Source: Octopus vulgaris (lineage: Eukaryota). Taken from it: a DNA stretch of 64,000 bases. Position 1 is the first letter of the stretch, and each line of letters starts with the position of its first letter. Under the pieces are notes generated by a model. That model saw only the letters and a program-made list of their open reading frames with translations. It was not told where the DNA came from and did no database searches. Location of the stretch: contig OX597831.1 of NCBI GenBank assembly GCA_951406725.2, positions 79,050,001-79,114,000 on the forward strand, in the 5' to 3' direction. Made by a program: the position numbers and the translations under genes. Shown here in pieces: positions 26,091 through 42,585 of this stretch.

Positions 26091-26405
26091 TCTCTATTCA
26101 ATGGAGCTTCGTCATCAAAAATCCAGTACACAATCCGTGCGCACCCTTAAACAGTCTCCAGCCGCCATCGTTCCACCGAAATCCCCCCCACCACCACTAT
26201 ACCCCATCCATGTAACATACACCTAACAACCTTTCGCTGATGATCTCCATTTCATCCACTTTACAACAGGCACGAACCCTCTCCTCCCCACACCCCTCAA
26301 CAGTGACCTTACGTCTACTTTCCCTCCTTATCTCTCTCTCTCTCTCTCTCTCTTTGTTCCAGTCTTCTCCATAATCCATTTATAAAGGTATACATACCTT
26401 TAAAC

Positions 26406-26436
<31 letters not shown>

Positions 26437-26453
26437 CATATATATTTATATGT

Positions 26454-26496
<43 letters not shown>

Positions 26497-26639
26497 TGCA
26501 TATATATATATGTATGTATATGTATATATGATTGCATGTATATATATACACATATCTATACATATCTATATATATGCGTATATATATTTATATGTTTGTA
26601 TATACGTATATATATATATATATACATTTACGAACGTAC

Positions 26640-26692
<53 letters not shown>

Positions 26693-26717
26693 TATATATA
26701 TATATATGTATGTATAT

Positions 26718-26779
<62 letters not shown>

Positions 26780-27425
26780 ACTTGTATGCTTACATATGCA
26801 TACAAAAGGAAACACGTATACGAATACATGTTTATAAGCAGACATACATGGATGCCTACACATACCCACAAACAACGCACACAGACATACATACATATAT
26901 AGGCATACACGCATACATACACGCATATAGAAATATACACAAACACACGCACTTACACCAAAACTCCCGCCGACGACAAATCGCGGCCATCCTCACCCCC
27001 ATCCCTCGTCCAACCTCCGCCACTTCGCAAAGCACCCGCTCTCCTCATCCCTCACCCACGTCGCCTCCCTCTCCTCCCTCCCCTTCCATATAAAACGATT
27101 TATATAGAAATTTCAGTGGTTGTTGTTATTGTTGTTATTGTTGCTTTATATTATGACGTTATTATATTCAAATTATTTCCTCCCTATGTTAATTAATTAT
27201 TATTTTTCTATCAGAAAATTCCGTTTTTAATTATTTTCTGTCTTTTTTCTTCGTCCTTCAGTCTGTCTCTCTCTCTTTCTCTCTCTCTCTCTCCTTGATA
27301 TTCTTTATGTCTTCTCTTTCAGTCAAACACACACACACACACATGCTCTCTCTCTCTCTCTCTCTCTCCTTCTTACAGTCTCTTACTTTCTCTTCTACAT
27401 AACTCCCTCTTTCAATTTCCCATTT

Positions 27426-27484
<59 letters not shown>

Positions 27485-27806
27485 CCTCTATATTTCCGTC
27501 TATCTGTCAGTCCGTTTGTATGTCGCCCCCTTTCACTCTCTCACTCTCTCACTCTCTCTCTCTCTCTCCTCTCTGTTTCTGTCTATCTATTAGTTTGTAT
27601 TCCTCTCCCTCTCTTTCTCCTTCCTCCCCATCCCCCCTCTCTCTCTTTCTTTTCCCCAGAAACATTTTTTCCCTTTTCTCGCTATATTTCGCGAAATATA
27701 TCTACCCTTTTTTCTTTCTTTCCTTATTAATTTTAACCTTTCTTTCTTTCTTATGTTCTTCCTTTCATTCTTTCCCCGTGTGTTGCTTCTCTTCACAGAC
27801 TCACAG

Positions 27807-27964
<158 letters not shown>

Positions 27965-28460
27965 CTCATCCAACTTTCTTGTCTCTACTATTCTCTCTTC
28001 AATATTTAATTCCTTCTTTCCTACCTTCGCCTCTTTCTTTCTTTCTTTCTTTCTTTCTCGTATTCTCTCTCTCTCTCTATCTTTCTCTCTTCCTGTCACT
28101 CTCTCTTTCTTTCTATAATAATTTTTCCCCCTTTCCCTATCGTTTCGTCCCTCAAACCTATTTTCTCACCTTACACTATGTCTATGCCTCCTCCCCACCT
28201 CTTTGATAATTCCATGTTTATCTATCTTCCTCTCTATCTATCCACCTATCTATCTATTTCTTTACATGTGCACACACACGCGCATAATATATCAGAAAAT
28301 ATTTATATACATACACACACTTGTAGCCATATCAAAATACACAACGGATATATAATGAATAGTATGTGTGTGTCTGAGAGAAAGACAGATAGGGGAAAGA
28401 GAGAGTGTGTTTGCGCATGTGCGTTAAAGAGACAAATGTATAGATAGATAGATAAATAGG

Positions 28461-28507
<47 letters not shown>

Positions 28508-28508
28508 G

Positions 28509-28544
<36 letters not shown>

Positions 28545-28549
28545 CAGAC

Positions 28550-28585
<36 letters not shown>

Positions 28586-28680
28586 GCAGATGGATGGACA
28601 GACAGACAGTCCGACAGACAGATGGATGGCTAGATGGCTGGATACACAGACAGACAGACACATAGATGGATGGATGGATG

Positions 28681-28774
<94 letters not shown>

Positions 28775-29088
28775 TAGAGATGAGATATAGTTAGGTATGT
28801 ACATATTTAATACATGCAGAGTTTACTCTCTCTTTCTCTCTGTCTCTCTTTCTCTCCCTCTTTCTTACACATACACAGATATGTGTCATACGGAAATACA
28901 TGCACTCATAAACACTAACATACACACACTCATAAACGGCCTTCCACACACACACACACGAAGAACATTCTCAGCCAGCGTACGCGCAGACATCGTGTAG
29001 CATTCAAACATACCTATTCGCACTAAGAGGCAGACAACCCCCCCACACACACACACACACTCAATCACATACACAAGCATCTTCCAAA

Positions 29089-29119
<31 letters not shown>

Positions 29120-29139
29120 TACGCAGTCACTCATCTCTT

Positions 29140-29310
29140 TATCCTGTCTTTTATGCCGTCTTCCAATTCCACTTGAAAACCAGAACTTTCTCCAAGAGTA
29201 CCGTATCCCGCTTAATATTCTCTTTAAGCGAAAGGGAACCGGGCAAGCCAATATTGGCAGAGAGCGGAAGTGAGGCAACATGGCCGCCGGCGCAGATAAT
29301 TAGAACAAGT
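29140..29310. promoter_or_regulatory. Promoter-like motif island (CCAAT palindrome, ETS, YY1-like)
   Basis: GCCAATATTGGC at 29247-29258, GCGGAAGTG at 29264-29272 and CAACATGGCC at 29276-29285, in a GC-richer unique island between microsatellites. Confidence 0.45.
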
Positions 29311-29814
29311 GGGAGATAGTAATAATAATAATAATGACAACAACAACAACAACAACAGCAACAACAATAATAATAATAGCAACAGCAACAAGAACAACAA
29401 CATCAATAATAATAACAATAACAGTACATGACGCACGCGCACACGCACATTCACAGACACAAACACTACAAGCGCGCGCGCGTAGAATGTGGAGCGAAAG
29501 AGTAAATACTCTCAAGAAAATCATAAACTGAAAAAGAAAAAGGAAGGAAAATAGAAGAGAAGAAAAAATGAAAGAAGGGAAAGAAAAAATGGGCGAAGAA
29601 AAGCGCGAAAGAAAAGAAATGAAAATCGAAAGCAAAATGAATGAAGCAAAATACGGTGTGGGTGGGTGGGGGTGTGCGTGGGTGGGAGTGTGCGTGGGTG
29701 TTTGTACGGGCCTGTGCGTGTGTCGAGATATAGCTGTGTGTGTGTGTGTGTGTATGTGTGTATGTGTGTGTTGTGTGTGTGTATGTTGTGTGTGTGTGTG
29801 TGTTGTGTGTGTGT

Positions 29815-29891
<77 letters not shown>

Positions 29892-30151
29892 GTGTGTGTG
29901 TGTCTGTGTGTGTGTGTGAAGGAAGACAGATTTACGGAGGCAAAGACGACGGAAGTCCTGATAGATAGGATGAAAATCAAGGGATGTCATAAAGAGATAT
30001 GCATAAGTGAATGTTAATGTATCATAGACACACAGACACACATACACACGCGTGCGCATGCAGACATATAGCATAGACACATACGCATACGTGCACGCGC
30101 TGCACACACACATATATATATATAGATAGATAGATATATATATAGATAGAC

Positions 30152-30209
<58 letters not shown>

Positions 30210-30283
30210 ATAGGTAGGAAGGTAGATAGGTGAGTAGATAGTAGATAGATGGATAGATAGATAGATGGATAGATAGATAGATG

Positions 30284-30333
<50 letters not shown>

Positions 30334-30759
30334 ACAGTAGAATGATGGTGGTCAAGTGTTGGCGATAGAATCGAGAGAATTGAAACGTAAGGATAGCAGA
30401 GGTGAAAAGAGAAGAGGAAAGTTAAGATGGCCAGAAATAGTGGGGGGGGGGACACGTTTGTTATAGGTGTGAGGGATAAGTGGGAGAGAGTGTCGTGGGG
30501 GGAGAGACAAAGAGAGACAAATAAGGAGAGAAATGGATTCAGGGTTAGAGAAGATAGAGAGTAGAGGCGAGGAGCAGATGAGACAGAGTAAGACAAAGAG
30601 AGAGAGAGAGCAGAAAAAAGAGAAAATGAACTAAATGGATAGAGGGAAAAGAGGAAAGAGAAATGAGAGAGCGGGAGCAGGTGAAGGAAAGATAGTTAAT
30701 GACAAAGAGAAAGGGAGGTTGAGAGAGAGAGAGAGACAGACAGACACAGAGAGAAGTAC

Positions 30760-30984
30760 AAGGAGAAGGAGGCGAAGGAGGAGAACAAGAAGAAGGAGGA
30801 AAAGAGGAATGAGAAGAGGAGAAGAAAACAAGTAGAAGAACAAGAAGAACAAGAACAAGGAGAAGAAAGGGAATGAGAAGAATAAAGAGAAGAAGAATTA
30901 AGAGTGAGAAGGATTAAGAAGATGAGGAAGAAGCAGAAGATGATGATGAAGAAGAAGAAGAAGAAGAAGAAGAAAGGGAATAAC

Positions 30985-31015
<31 letters not shown>

Positions 31016-31039
31016 TAATAATAATAATAATAATAATAA

Positions 31040-31070
<31 letters not shown>

Positions 31071-32423
31071 AAGAAGAAGAATTTTTGAAGGTATAGAGGC
31101 GAAAGCAGACGTGAGAGATTGTGAAAGAAAAACCGGAAAAAGAGAGAGAGAGTGAAAGAGATAAATGTGAGCAAAGAAAGAAAAGGACAAAGAATGAAAG
31201 AAAGAATGAAAGAAAGAAAGAAAAGGACAAAGAATGAAAGAAAGAATGAAGGAAAGAAGGACTGATTGAAAGAAAGAAAGAAAGAAAGAAAGAAAGAGAA
31301 AAGATCTAAAAGAAAGCGAGGGAGAAAGAATGAAGGAAAGAAAGAAAGAATGATAGAAAGAGGTGAACGAGGTTGGTTTGAGAAATGATAAAAGACTGGA
31401 GCGGGAAACGTAGAAAGTGAAGGGGAGAGGGAGAGGGAGAGAGAGAGAGAGAGAGGGGGGGCAAGAGAGTGTAGACCGTGATTCTAGTGAGGTGGATACC
31501 GACATAGGTGGGGGTTGGAGGTGGGTGGGCAGTGTCGAACGTAAAGAGCCGTTCCCTCCCCCCCCCCCCGCCATCCATTGTCATTGGAAGGGCGAAGAAC
31601 GCTGATTAGGTCTCTTCATTCATTGCAACCGACAAATTGGTAAGGACCGATGCCATATCACATCTACGCACCAAACACTTGCCATCGCCACCGACGCCTC
31701 TGGGATTGCAGCTGTTGCTGCCGATGGTGATGATGATGATGATAATGTCGATGGTGATGATGATGATGATAATGTCGATGGTGATGATGATGATGATGCT
31801 CTTGGTATTGGTGGTGATATTGGTATTGCAGACGCTCTTGAAGATGTTTTTGATGATGCTGCTGCTGCTGATGCTGTTAATGCAGTTGAAACTGCTGCTG
31901 CTGTTGCTGACGATGATGATGATGATGATGATGATGATGACGACGACGACGACGATGATGATGATGATGGTGATGATGATGATGACGACGATGATGACGA
32001 TGATGACGACGACGACGACGACGACGATGATGATGATGATGACGATGATGATGATGATGACGACGACGACGACGATGATGATGATGATGACGATGATGAT
32101 GATGATGACGACGACGATGATGATGATGACGACGACGACGACGATGATGATAATGATGATGATGATGATGACGACGACGACGACGACGATGATGATAATG
32201 ATGATGATGATAATGACGACGACGACGGTAATGATGACGATGATCATGATGATGGTGATTTTGACGATGACGATGACGACAACAACAATGATAGCAACGG
32301 CGCTGACAGTGATGATGGTGATGATGATGATGATGACAACAACGACGACGACGACAATGATGATGATGATGATTCTTTTATATATTTCAGGGTTGAGGCT
32401 GCGGCCATGCTGGGGCACCGCCA

Positions 32424-32516
<93 letters not shown>

Positions 32517-32570
32517 CTGACGACGACGACGACGACGACGATGATGATGATAATGATGATGATCATGATT
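30760..32570. repeat. (GAA)/(AAT)/(GAAA)/(GAT/GAC)n microsatellite blocks
   Basis: Directly visible. Confidence 0.9.
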
Positions 32571-32941
32571 GGATTTTCGGCTATGCAGGGGTTTCTGTTC
32601 ACAATGGAACTTACAGCGATGGTTTTCTTGCCGTAGATTTAGCAGTTGTTTCACCCCAGCGTAAACCGAACTGAACAGACAGAAGGGTAAAGTCCGGACG
32701 CAAAAACTCAACAAATTTGATATCTGCCTTCCCAATGTTTCATGTAGTTTTAAATCACTAATTTACTGAGCTAAGGTTAGGCAACAGTGACAAAAAAAAA
32801 AAAAAGACTGTGTAAGGCCTTACTGCAATTACATTTAAAACAAGATTCCCGCAACACATGCACACCCATACAAACATATATACATATGTCCATACATATA
32901 TTTATACATACATACACAGACACATACATATATACATCTTC

Positions 32942-33160
32942 TTTTCTTTTATTCGTTTCAGTCATTTGACTGCGACCATGCTGCAGCACGTCCTTTAGTC
33001 AAAGAAATCGATCCCAGGACTTATTCTTTGTATACCTAGTACTTATTCTATCGGTCTGTTTTACCGACCCGATAGGTTACGGGGACATAAATACATGAGC
33101 ATCGGTTATCATGCGATGTTTTGGGGGACAAAACACAGGCACACAAACATATACATATAT

Positions 33161-33191
<31 letters not shown>

Positions 33192-33358
33192 TACATATAT
33201 ATACGACGGGCTTCTTTCAGTTTCCGTCTACCAAATCCACTCACAAGGTTTTGGTCAGCCCGAGGCTATAGTAGAAGACACTTGCCCAAGGTGCCACGCA
33301 GTGGGACTGAACCCGGAACCATGTGGTTGGTAAGCAAGCTACCTACCACACAGCCACT
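32942..33358 (-). mobile_element. SINE family B
   Basis: Reverse complement of 7212-7650. Confidence 0.9.
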
Positions 33359-33402
33359 CTACACAGCTTAAGTTATATATATATATATGTGTGTGTGTGT
33401 GT

Positions 33403-33463
<61 letters not shown>

Positions 33464-34450
33464 TGTGTTTGTGTGTCTGTGTGTGTGTTTGTGTGAGCTT
33501 ACACACATTCAGAGAGTTTGATGGGACCTCACCACTTTACAAGACAAATATATCCGGAGTTTGTTCATGAAACACTCCACCCCCCCTCCCTATATTCAGG
33601 GACCCAGCAGTTGTGATTTCTGTCTCTCTGAGAAGTATAACACTCTCTCACAGTTGCTTGCAAGTATGAACAAAAGATCTGAATCGCTGAATTTGTGTAG
33701 ATCTTCCTCCTTCAATTAACTAGGAAAATTTTCAAATATCAGCTGATTAAAATTGCAATCGTTACAAAATACTGTTTTTTATTTATTGCCATTGTTAAAT
33801 TTCTTCTTAATATATCTTGTAAATTTAAAACGTAAGTCAATTCGAAATTCCTTGAAATTAAATAGAGTACTCAAAGAAAACAGTACAGAGTTAAACGGTC
33901 GCCTTATACAGCATAGTTACAGGTGTTATCGGTATTGCGAAAATATGTTAGTGATTAACTCTACACCGCTAACGCTTTAACGAAATGTTTCTGTAAGGTA
34001 CTAGTAACTATTTACATTCAGAGTAGCACTGAGCCACGTTGCCTTCGTGACAAACAGACACTTGATTCATTTTCAAAATTTCTAATGTAGGTCTTAAGAA
34101 TTGTTGCAATTCCAAACACAAAATTAAATATGTTTGTGGAGACGAGTTTAAGGTCGGTGTGGTTATTTAGATGATATCAACTGTTTTGTACCGAAACCTG
34201 AATAAAGCGGAACATTTACAGAATCATTGAATAAACGATAAATTAATGTGTAGCTCTTGCAGAAGAGGTTATAATACAGTACAGCAAAACAGTCAGGCGA
34301 TATAATGACTACTATACGATCAACAGGAATTGAGATGTAGATAAACGCCTTAAAACACAAAATTCAATGAAAAGGGAAAAGATAAATAGGATATACATTG
34401 TCGTTGGTGACGTCCAGTAGCCATATATGCATATGTATATACATATATAT

Positions 34451-35978
<1,528 letters not shown>

Positions 35979-36004
35979 TATATATGTATTTATATATATA
36001 TATA

Positions 36005-36075
<71 letters not shown>

Positions 36076-36119
36076 ATATATATATACATGTATGTATGTA
36101 TGCATGTATAAGTTAATCT

Positions 36120-36256
36120 AAGCGGCTTGCTTACCAACCACATGCTTCTGGGTTCAGTCGCACTGCGTGGCACCTTGGGCAAGTGTCTTCCACTATAGCC
36201 TCGGGCCAAACAAAGATTGTGAGTGGATCTGGTAAACGGAAACTGAGAGAAGCCCG

Positions 36257-36290
<34 letters not shown>

Positions 36291-36500
36291 GTGTGTGTGT
36301 GTGTGTATTTTCCCTCAACACCACTTGACAACCGATGCTGGTGTGTTTACATCCCCATAACCTAGCGGTTCAGCCAAAAGGGCCGATAGAATAAGTGCTT
36401 GGCTTAGAAAGAATAAGTCCTGGGGTCGATTTGTTCGACTGAAGGCAGTGCTCCAGTATGGTCACAGTCAAATGACTGAAACGAATAAAAGAACAAAAGA
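36120..36500 (+). mobile_element. SINE family B
   Basis: Homology to 7212-7650. Confidence 0.85.
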
Positions 36501-36508
36501 ACAAATGA

Positions 36509-36539
<31 letters not shown>

Positions 36540-36977
36540 CGCACACACACAGACAGAGAGAAGGAAAGTGGGTGAGGAAGGGGTTGGGTATGAGAGGAAG
36601 TAGTTAAAGTGAGATTATAAAGAGAAAGGAAAGATTTATGACAGAAGGTGAGAGAGATTGAGGGTGCATGAGAAAGAAAGAGAGAGTGAGGAACACTTTT
36701 GTAAATCGACAATTCTTTGCCCTGGGCTACACTAGACGAAATCTATAATATGCTTTTAACAAACCTATTTCCACTGATTGTCCACAAACTCCGCCTTCCC
36801 TAAGTCTTCCAACCCCTTTCCCCTTTTATTTGCAATATCTTCGCCATTTTCTTAGCAATAACGAATGTACCATGAATATCTTGATCGCCTTGTCTCTCTC
36901 TGTCTCTCCGTTTCTCATACACTGTGTCTGCAAGTCTGATTTTTTGGAATTTCACTGTCTTTCTGTCTTTCTGTCAT

Positions 36978-37020
<43 letters not shown>

Positions 37021-37071
37021 CTCTCGCTTGAATTTTCCTATAAATGTGTATTTATACATGCATACATATCG

Positions 37072-37392
37072 CGGGGTACTCCGTCGGTTACGACGATGCG
37101 GGTTCCAGTTGATGCGATCAACGGTACAGCCTTCTCGTTTTGGGAGAGATTCAGCGTGACACAAAGTGTGCCAAGGCTGGCCCTTTGAAATACAGGTACA
37201 ACAGAAGCAGGAAGAAAGAGTGAGAGAAAGTTGTGGTGAAAGAGTACAACAGGGTTCGCCACAACCCCCTGCCAGGGCCTCGTGGAGCTTTGGGTGTTTT
37301 TGCTCAACAAACAGTCATAACGCCCGGTCTGGGAATCGTAACTGCGATCATACGGCCGTGAGTCCGCTGCTCAAACCACTGGGCCATTGAGG
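37072..37392 (-). mobile_element. tRNA-derived SINE family A with a different 3' tail
   Basis: The head is the reverse complement of 2760-2930; the tail CCGTCGGTTACGACG is also seen near 46035. Confidence 0.8.
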
Positions 37393-37489
37393 CTTCACCA
37401 TGCATATATATATATATATGTATATGCGTGTGTGCCTGTGTGCGTGTGTATCTGTATATATGTATATGCGTGTGTGTATCTACTCTTAT

Positions 37490-38105
37490 ACTCTTTTACT
37501 CTTTTACTTGTTTCAGTCATTTGACTACGGCCATGCTGGAGCACCGCCTTTTTTAATCGAGCAACTCGACCCCGGGACGTATTCTTTTGTAAGCCCAGTA
37601 CTTATTCTATCGGTCTCTTTTGCCGAACCGCTAAGTAACAGGGACATAAACACACCAGCATCGGTTGTCAAGCAATGCTAGGGGGACAAACACAGACACA
37701 CAAACACACCCACGCATATATATATATATACACGACGGGCTTCTTTCAGTTTCCGTCTACCAAATCCACTCACAAGGCTTTGGTCGGCCCGAGGCTATAG
37801 TAGAAGACACTTGCCTAAGGTGCCACGCAGTGGGACTGAACCCGGAACCATGTGGTTGGTAAACAAGCTACTTACCACACAGCCACAACTACGCCTGTAT
37901 ATATATTTTTATTCTTTTCTTCTTTTTCTTGTTTCAGTCGTTCGACTGCGGCCATGATGGTGCACCTCCTTTAAAGTCGAGCAGATCGACCCCAGGATTT
38001 ATTCTTTGTAAGCCTAGTAACTTATTCTACCCGCCTCTTTTGTCGAACCGTCAAGTTACGGGGAATCAAACACACCACCATCGGTTATCAAGCGATGTTG
38101 GGAGG

Positions 38106-38110
<5 letters not shown>
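37490..38110 (-). mobile_element. Two adjacent SINE family B copies
   Basis: 37490-37895 is full length and 37915-38110 is a 3' half. Confidence 0.85.
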
Positions 38111-38192
<82 letters not shown>

Positions 38193-38737
38193 GCAAGCAT
38201 ACAAACATGAATGTATAGCGATCTATAACGATCTATAGCGATAATGTAGAAGAACCTTTTGAAATTGAGAAAAATAAACAAATATGTTAATAACTAGCAG
38301 CATTCCTTCCGATGTTTATATTCCGAGTTCAAATTTTAGGGAGAGAAAATCGTGACTTCATCCTTTCTGGTTCAATAAGAACAAGGTATTGATACAGTTC
38401 CGTTGATCGGTAGCAAGGCGAAAAGCTTCCACCCCATAACGCTGACCATTATTACAGAACGGCCAGCATTTGAAACCAGAGACCATTCTTACACACGCAC
38501 ACACAGACAAGCACACACAACCGAAAAAGCTATTATTAGTTTCATGCTTTTATGATACTTGCGCAGGCATATTTGTAAAATACGCCACGTATCTTAGAGC
38601 AATCTCTCAGTAGCATTTTCGGTATCAGTATCTAAATTGATATTTTTCTCTCATTGGATGAAATGCTTTTCTGATGTTTCTACCTCTAGAGGAACTTTAA
38701 ACTATAGATAGACAGACATATAGATAGATAGACAGAC

Positions 38738-38901
<164 letters not shown>

Positions 38902-39089
38902 TGACTGACTGACTGACAGACAGACAGACAGACAGACACATGATAGACACATAAGATATGTTTCTTTATTCGCCACACAGGGCTGAACACAGAGGGGGCA
39001 AATACAAATGTAGAGCTTTTCTTTTTGTGAAGAAGAAAAAGTGGGGGGTAGTATAGTAGGGTCAGTTGTGTCCCGAATATGAGTAAAAC

Positions 39090-39845
39090 ATCACTATGTT
39101 GCTGCGATTCTCTGTGCCAAGGATTTGGAAACGAGATGCTGTGCTTTTTGACATTCGTACCGGAAGCTGCAATACATACATTTCAGAGCGTTTGACGTCA
39201 TGGACCAAGTGTTATAAAAATCAAACATCCAGTCAACATCATAATGTTTGGATTCATCACTAGTGATGGAAACGTTATGCCTCCTTTCATCGTCTCACAC
39301 GGCCTCAGACACAATACGGGGGCCTACCTCAAGTGCCTAGGGGAGGTAATGCTACCCTGGGTCAAGAGGGTGGTTGCTAGAAAGCCTTGTGTCTAGCAAC
39401 AGGACTCTGCACCATGCCACACAAGCAGGAGAACCCAGTCACGGCTATCAGAAAATTACTGCAAACACATCACGCCTAACATCTGGCCACCTATCGTTCC
39501 AGACTGCAACCCACTTCAATATTACATGTTGAGCTCAGTTGAACGAGACACCAACAAGATTCCTTGTAAAACGAAAGATGAACTGAAGGCAAGATCTATG
39601 GCAGCACTCACCAACTTAAAAATGAGACCGTTTAGAATAGTTGTAGGAGATACCAAAGTCGTTTCGAGGATGTGGTTGAAGCCAATGGAGACTTTATTGA
39701 ATAAATTTACTCTTTAGTATTTCAAGATATTTTTATATAATTTTGATAAATATATCTGTTAAAATGAGATGTCACTATTGTTTTCATTTTTGCGTAATTT
39801 AGACTACAATATATATATATTTATTCATCGCACAAACCTCGTAAC
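39090..39845 (+). mobile_element. Degenerate DD37D (maT-type) Tc1/mariner transposon
   Basis: Peptide KIKHPVNIIMFGFITSDGNVMPPFI...QQDSAPCHTSRRTQSRLSENYCKHITPNIWPPIVPDCNPLQYY. There are 37 residues between the second D and the third catalytic position, which is still D in the 46340 copy. Confidence 0.8.
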
Positions 39846-40170
39846 TGATACCATTGCATAGTACCACACATCCTGCCCTTTCCATGTACTTTAGGGGCCC
39901 AGTACTGTAAGAGGGTTCAAGAGCTCTCTGCGTTTCTTCTGCATTTGACCCTTGCTTGTTTCTGTCATTACACTACGATCGTCCTAGGGCACCAGCTTGA
40001 AGAACTTTAGTAACACAAATCGACGTCAGTACTATTCTCTTTCATCCTGGTAATTACTGCATCAGTGTTATTTGCCGAACCACTAAGTTACGTGCGTTTA
40101 AACACACCAACAACGGATGTCAAGTTGTGGTGAGAGACAAACCCAGACAACAAGACACCCACACATATAA

Positions 40171-40264
<94 letters not shown>

Positions 40265-40722
40265 TATACACACACATATATATATATATACATACGTACA
40301 TATACACATCCATACATAATATACATATACATGTATATGTGTATATGTGTGTATATATATATATATGTATATATGTTTGTATATATATGTATGTATGTAT
40401 GCATGTATGTATGTATATATATGTATATATATAAACATACATACATATAAATATACATACATATAAACATATATATATATGTATGTATGTTTGATATGTA
40501 TGTATCATCTTTTTAATTTTGGATCAGATAGATCGTTCTAATCAAATGCGGAAACAATAACAGCAACAACAACATCAGCAACAACAACACAAACTCTTTT
40601 CTACTTCTACAATACTATACTACAATGACATTCGTAGTAACAATAATAACAACAAAAGTAACGGCAAAAAAGAAAAAAAATAGGACCGAACGGCAAATAA
40701 CAAACATACAAACAAGCAAAAA

Positions 40723-40753
40723 GAAAATGGCGCCTATTTTAGTGAAAATGGCG
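40723..40753 (+). promoter_or_regulatory. Tandem YY1-like sites
   Basis: GAAAATGGCG at 40723 and 40744, a 21-bp spacing. Confidence 0.35.
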
Positions 40754-41394
40754 TCAGATTGTAAAAAGGTCCGCCAGCGATATATGAGTTAGCAATATGT
40801 GAAAACATATGTTATTGTCATTAATTAGATCATTCATTTGTTAGCTGCCTTTCAAGCGAAGAACTTTTGCTGTGAACATCGTCACAATTTTTCATTTAAT
40901 CGCTTCAAGCATTTTACCCTCATTCCTTGTTTCCTCTCTCTTCATTTTCCTCTCCTCATTTTTACGTCTTTCATTGCCGCCATTTATTGCCTTTTTCTTT
41001 TATTTTATTTAAACATTTTTCATTATATATATTTCTTCCTATTCTCTCATTCTCTCTCTTCTCCTGTCTTATCGTGATTTTAAAAATATTTTTTTTTACC
41101 GAATCGTATTTAACAATTTTTTTTTCTCAGTAATTTATCGTTGTATTAAAAATCTTTCAGTTTGCTTTTTTTTAATTTCGAAAACTGTTTCATTTCTCTT
41201 GAATCTATCTTACGGTCTGTGTAACTATCTCCTTGACTATATATATCTTTCTATCAACCAAGTTATCATTCTATCTCCCTAATTCACAGTCTTTATCTAC
41301 TCACTTACCTACGAAACTCCCTATGAATCATCTATCTATCTATTTATCTACCTATACAGCTACCTACCCATCTATCCATGTATCGATCTATGAA

Positions 41395-41439
<45 letters not shown>

Positions 41440-41445
41440 ATAAAA

Positions 41446-41485
<40 letters not shown>

Positions 41486-41665
41486 GTATATTTATATATA
41501 TACCTATCTCTCCATCAGTCTATGCGTGTATGTTTCTAAGTCCGCAAAAATCTATCTAGTTATGCATATATCTATCTCTTTACATCTCTATGTAATCTGT
41601 CAATATATCTACCTAGTTTTCTCTCTAGCTAGTTGTGTCTTTATCGACTCACCTATCTCTCTCTC

Positions 41666-41734
<69 letters not shown>

Positions 41735-41759
41735 TTGTCTGTTTGTCTATCTGTATGTT

Positions 41760-41808
<49 letters not shown>

Positions 41809-41931
41809 GTCTGTCCGTTTCTATCAATCTACCTATCTTTCAATATATATATATATATATCGACCTATCTATCTATCGACCTATATATATATCTAGCTAG
41901 CTATATATATATATATAAATGCGTGTGTATA

Positions 41932-41967
<36 letters not shown>

Positions 41968-42476
41968 CTCTTTTACTTATATTTTCAAATAACCGTTACA
42001 GCCTTTATAGTTAATACCTAACTGGACTCGCATCTCTTTTTCTCATAAGGATAAATATGAACCTTCAAGATTCTCTTCTGCCATTTCCTTTCTCAAGTTC
42101 TTTGTAAAAATTTTGTTCATATTTCTTGCACTGTAGAATACATTGATATATAATTAATTAATTTAATTAATTTAATTTAATTTAATTCAACCATGAATTT
42201 GCATGATTTTTATATCATTGTACGAAACGATCGTCTGCGTGAATTAAAATTCTCTTATATAGTTTAACGTATTCTCTTCTCCATTTTTAACAAATTTGTT
42301 GAGTTTTATTGGATTTCTTTCCATAAATTCCCAACACATCATATGCAAGTATTATTTTTATATTCGCTAATTTATGCCTGTAAACTACCAGCAAAAAATG
42401 AAGAATCAACATTAGAAATCATTTTGGAGACCTCTAAATTAAAGGACGAATCTAAATACAACCTTTTTATACCTAC

Positions 42477-42536
<60 letters not shown>

Positions 42537-42585
42537 TGAAAACTATCTATCTAAATATATATTTATCCATATATCAAGTGAAAAT

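Noticed and set aside
34163-34206. Hammerhead-like TAGATGA...GAAACCTG
   Set aside because: The core and cleavage site are both non-permissive and there is no stem II; probably chance.
42190-42240. Complete hammerhead around GAAACGATCGTC
   Set aside because: The 3' half and a possible stem II are present but there is no recognisable CUGANGA; counted only as a half-motif.
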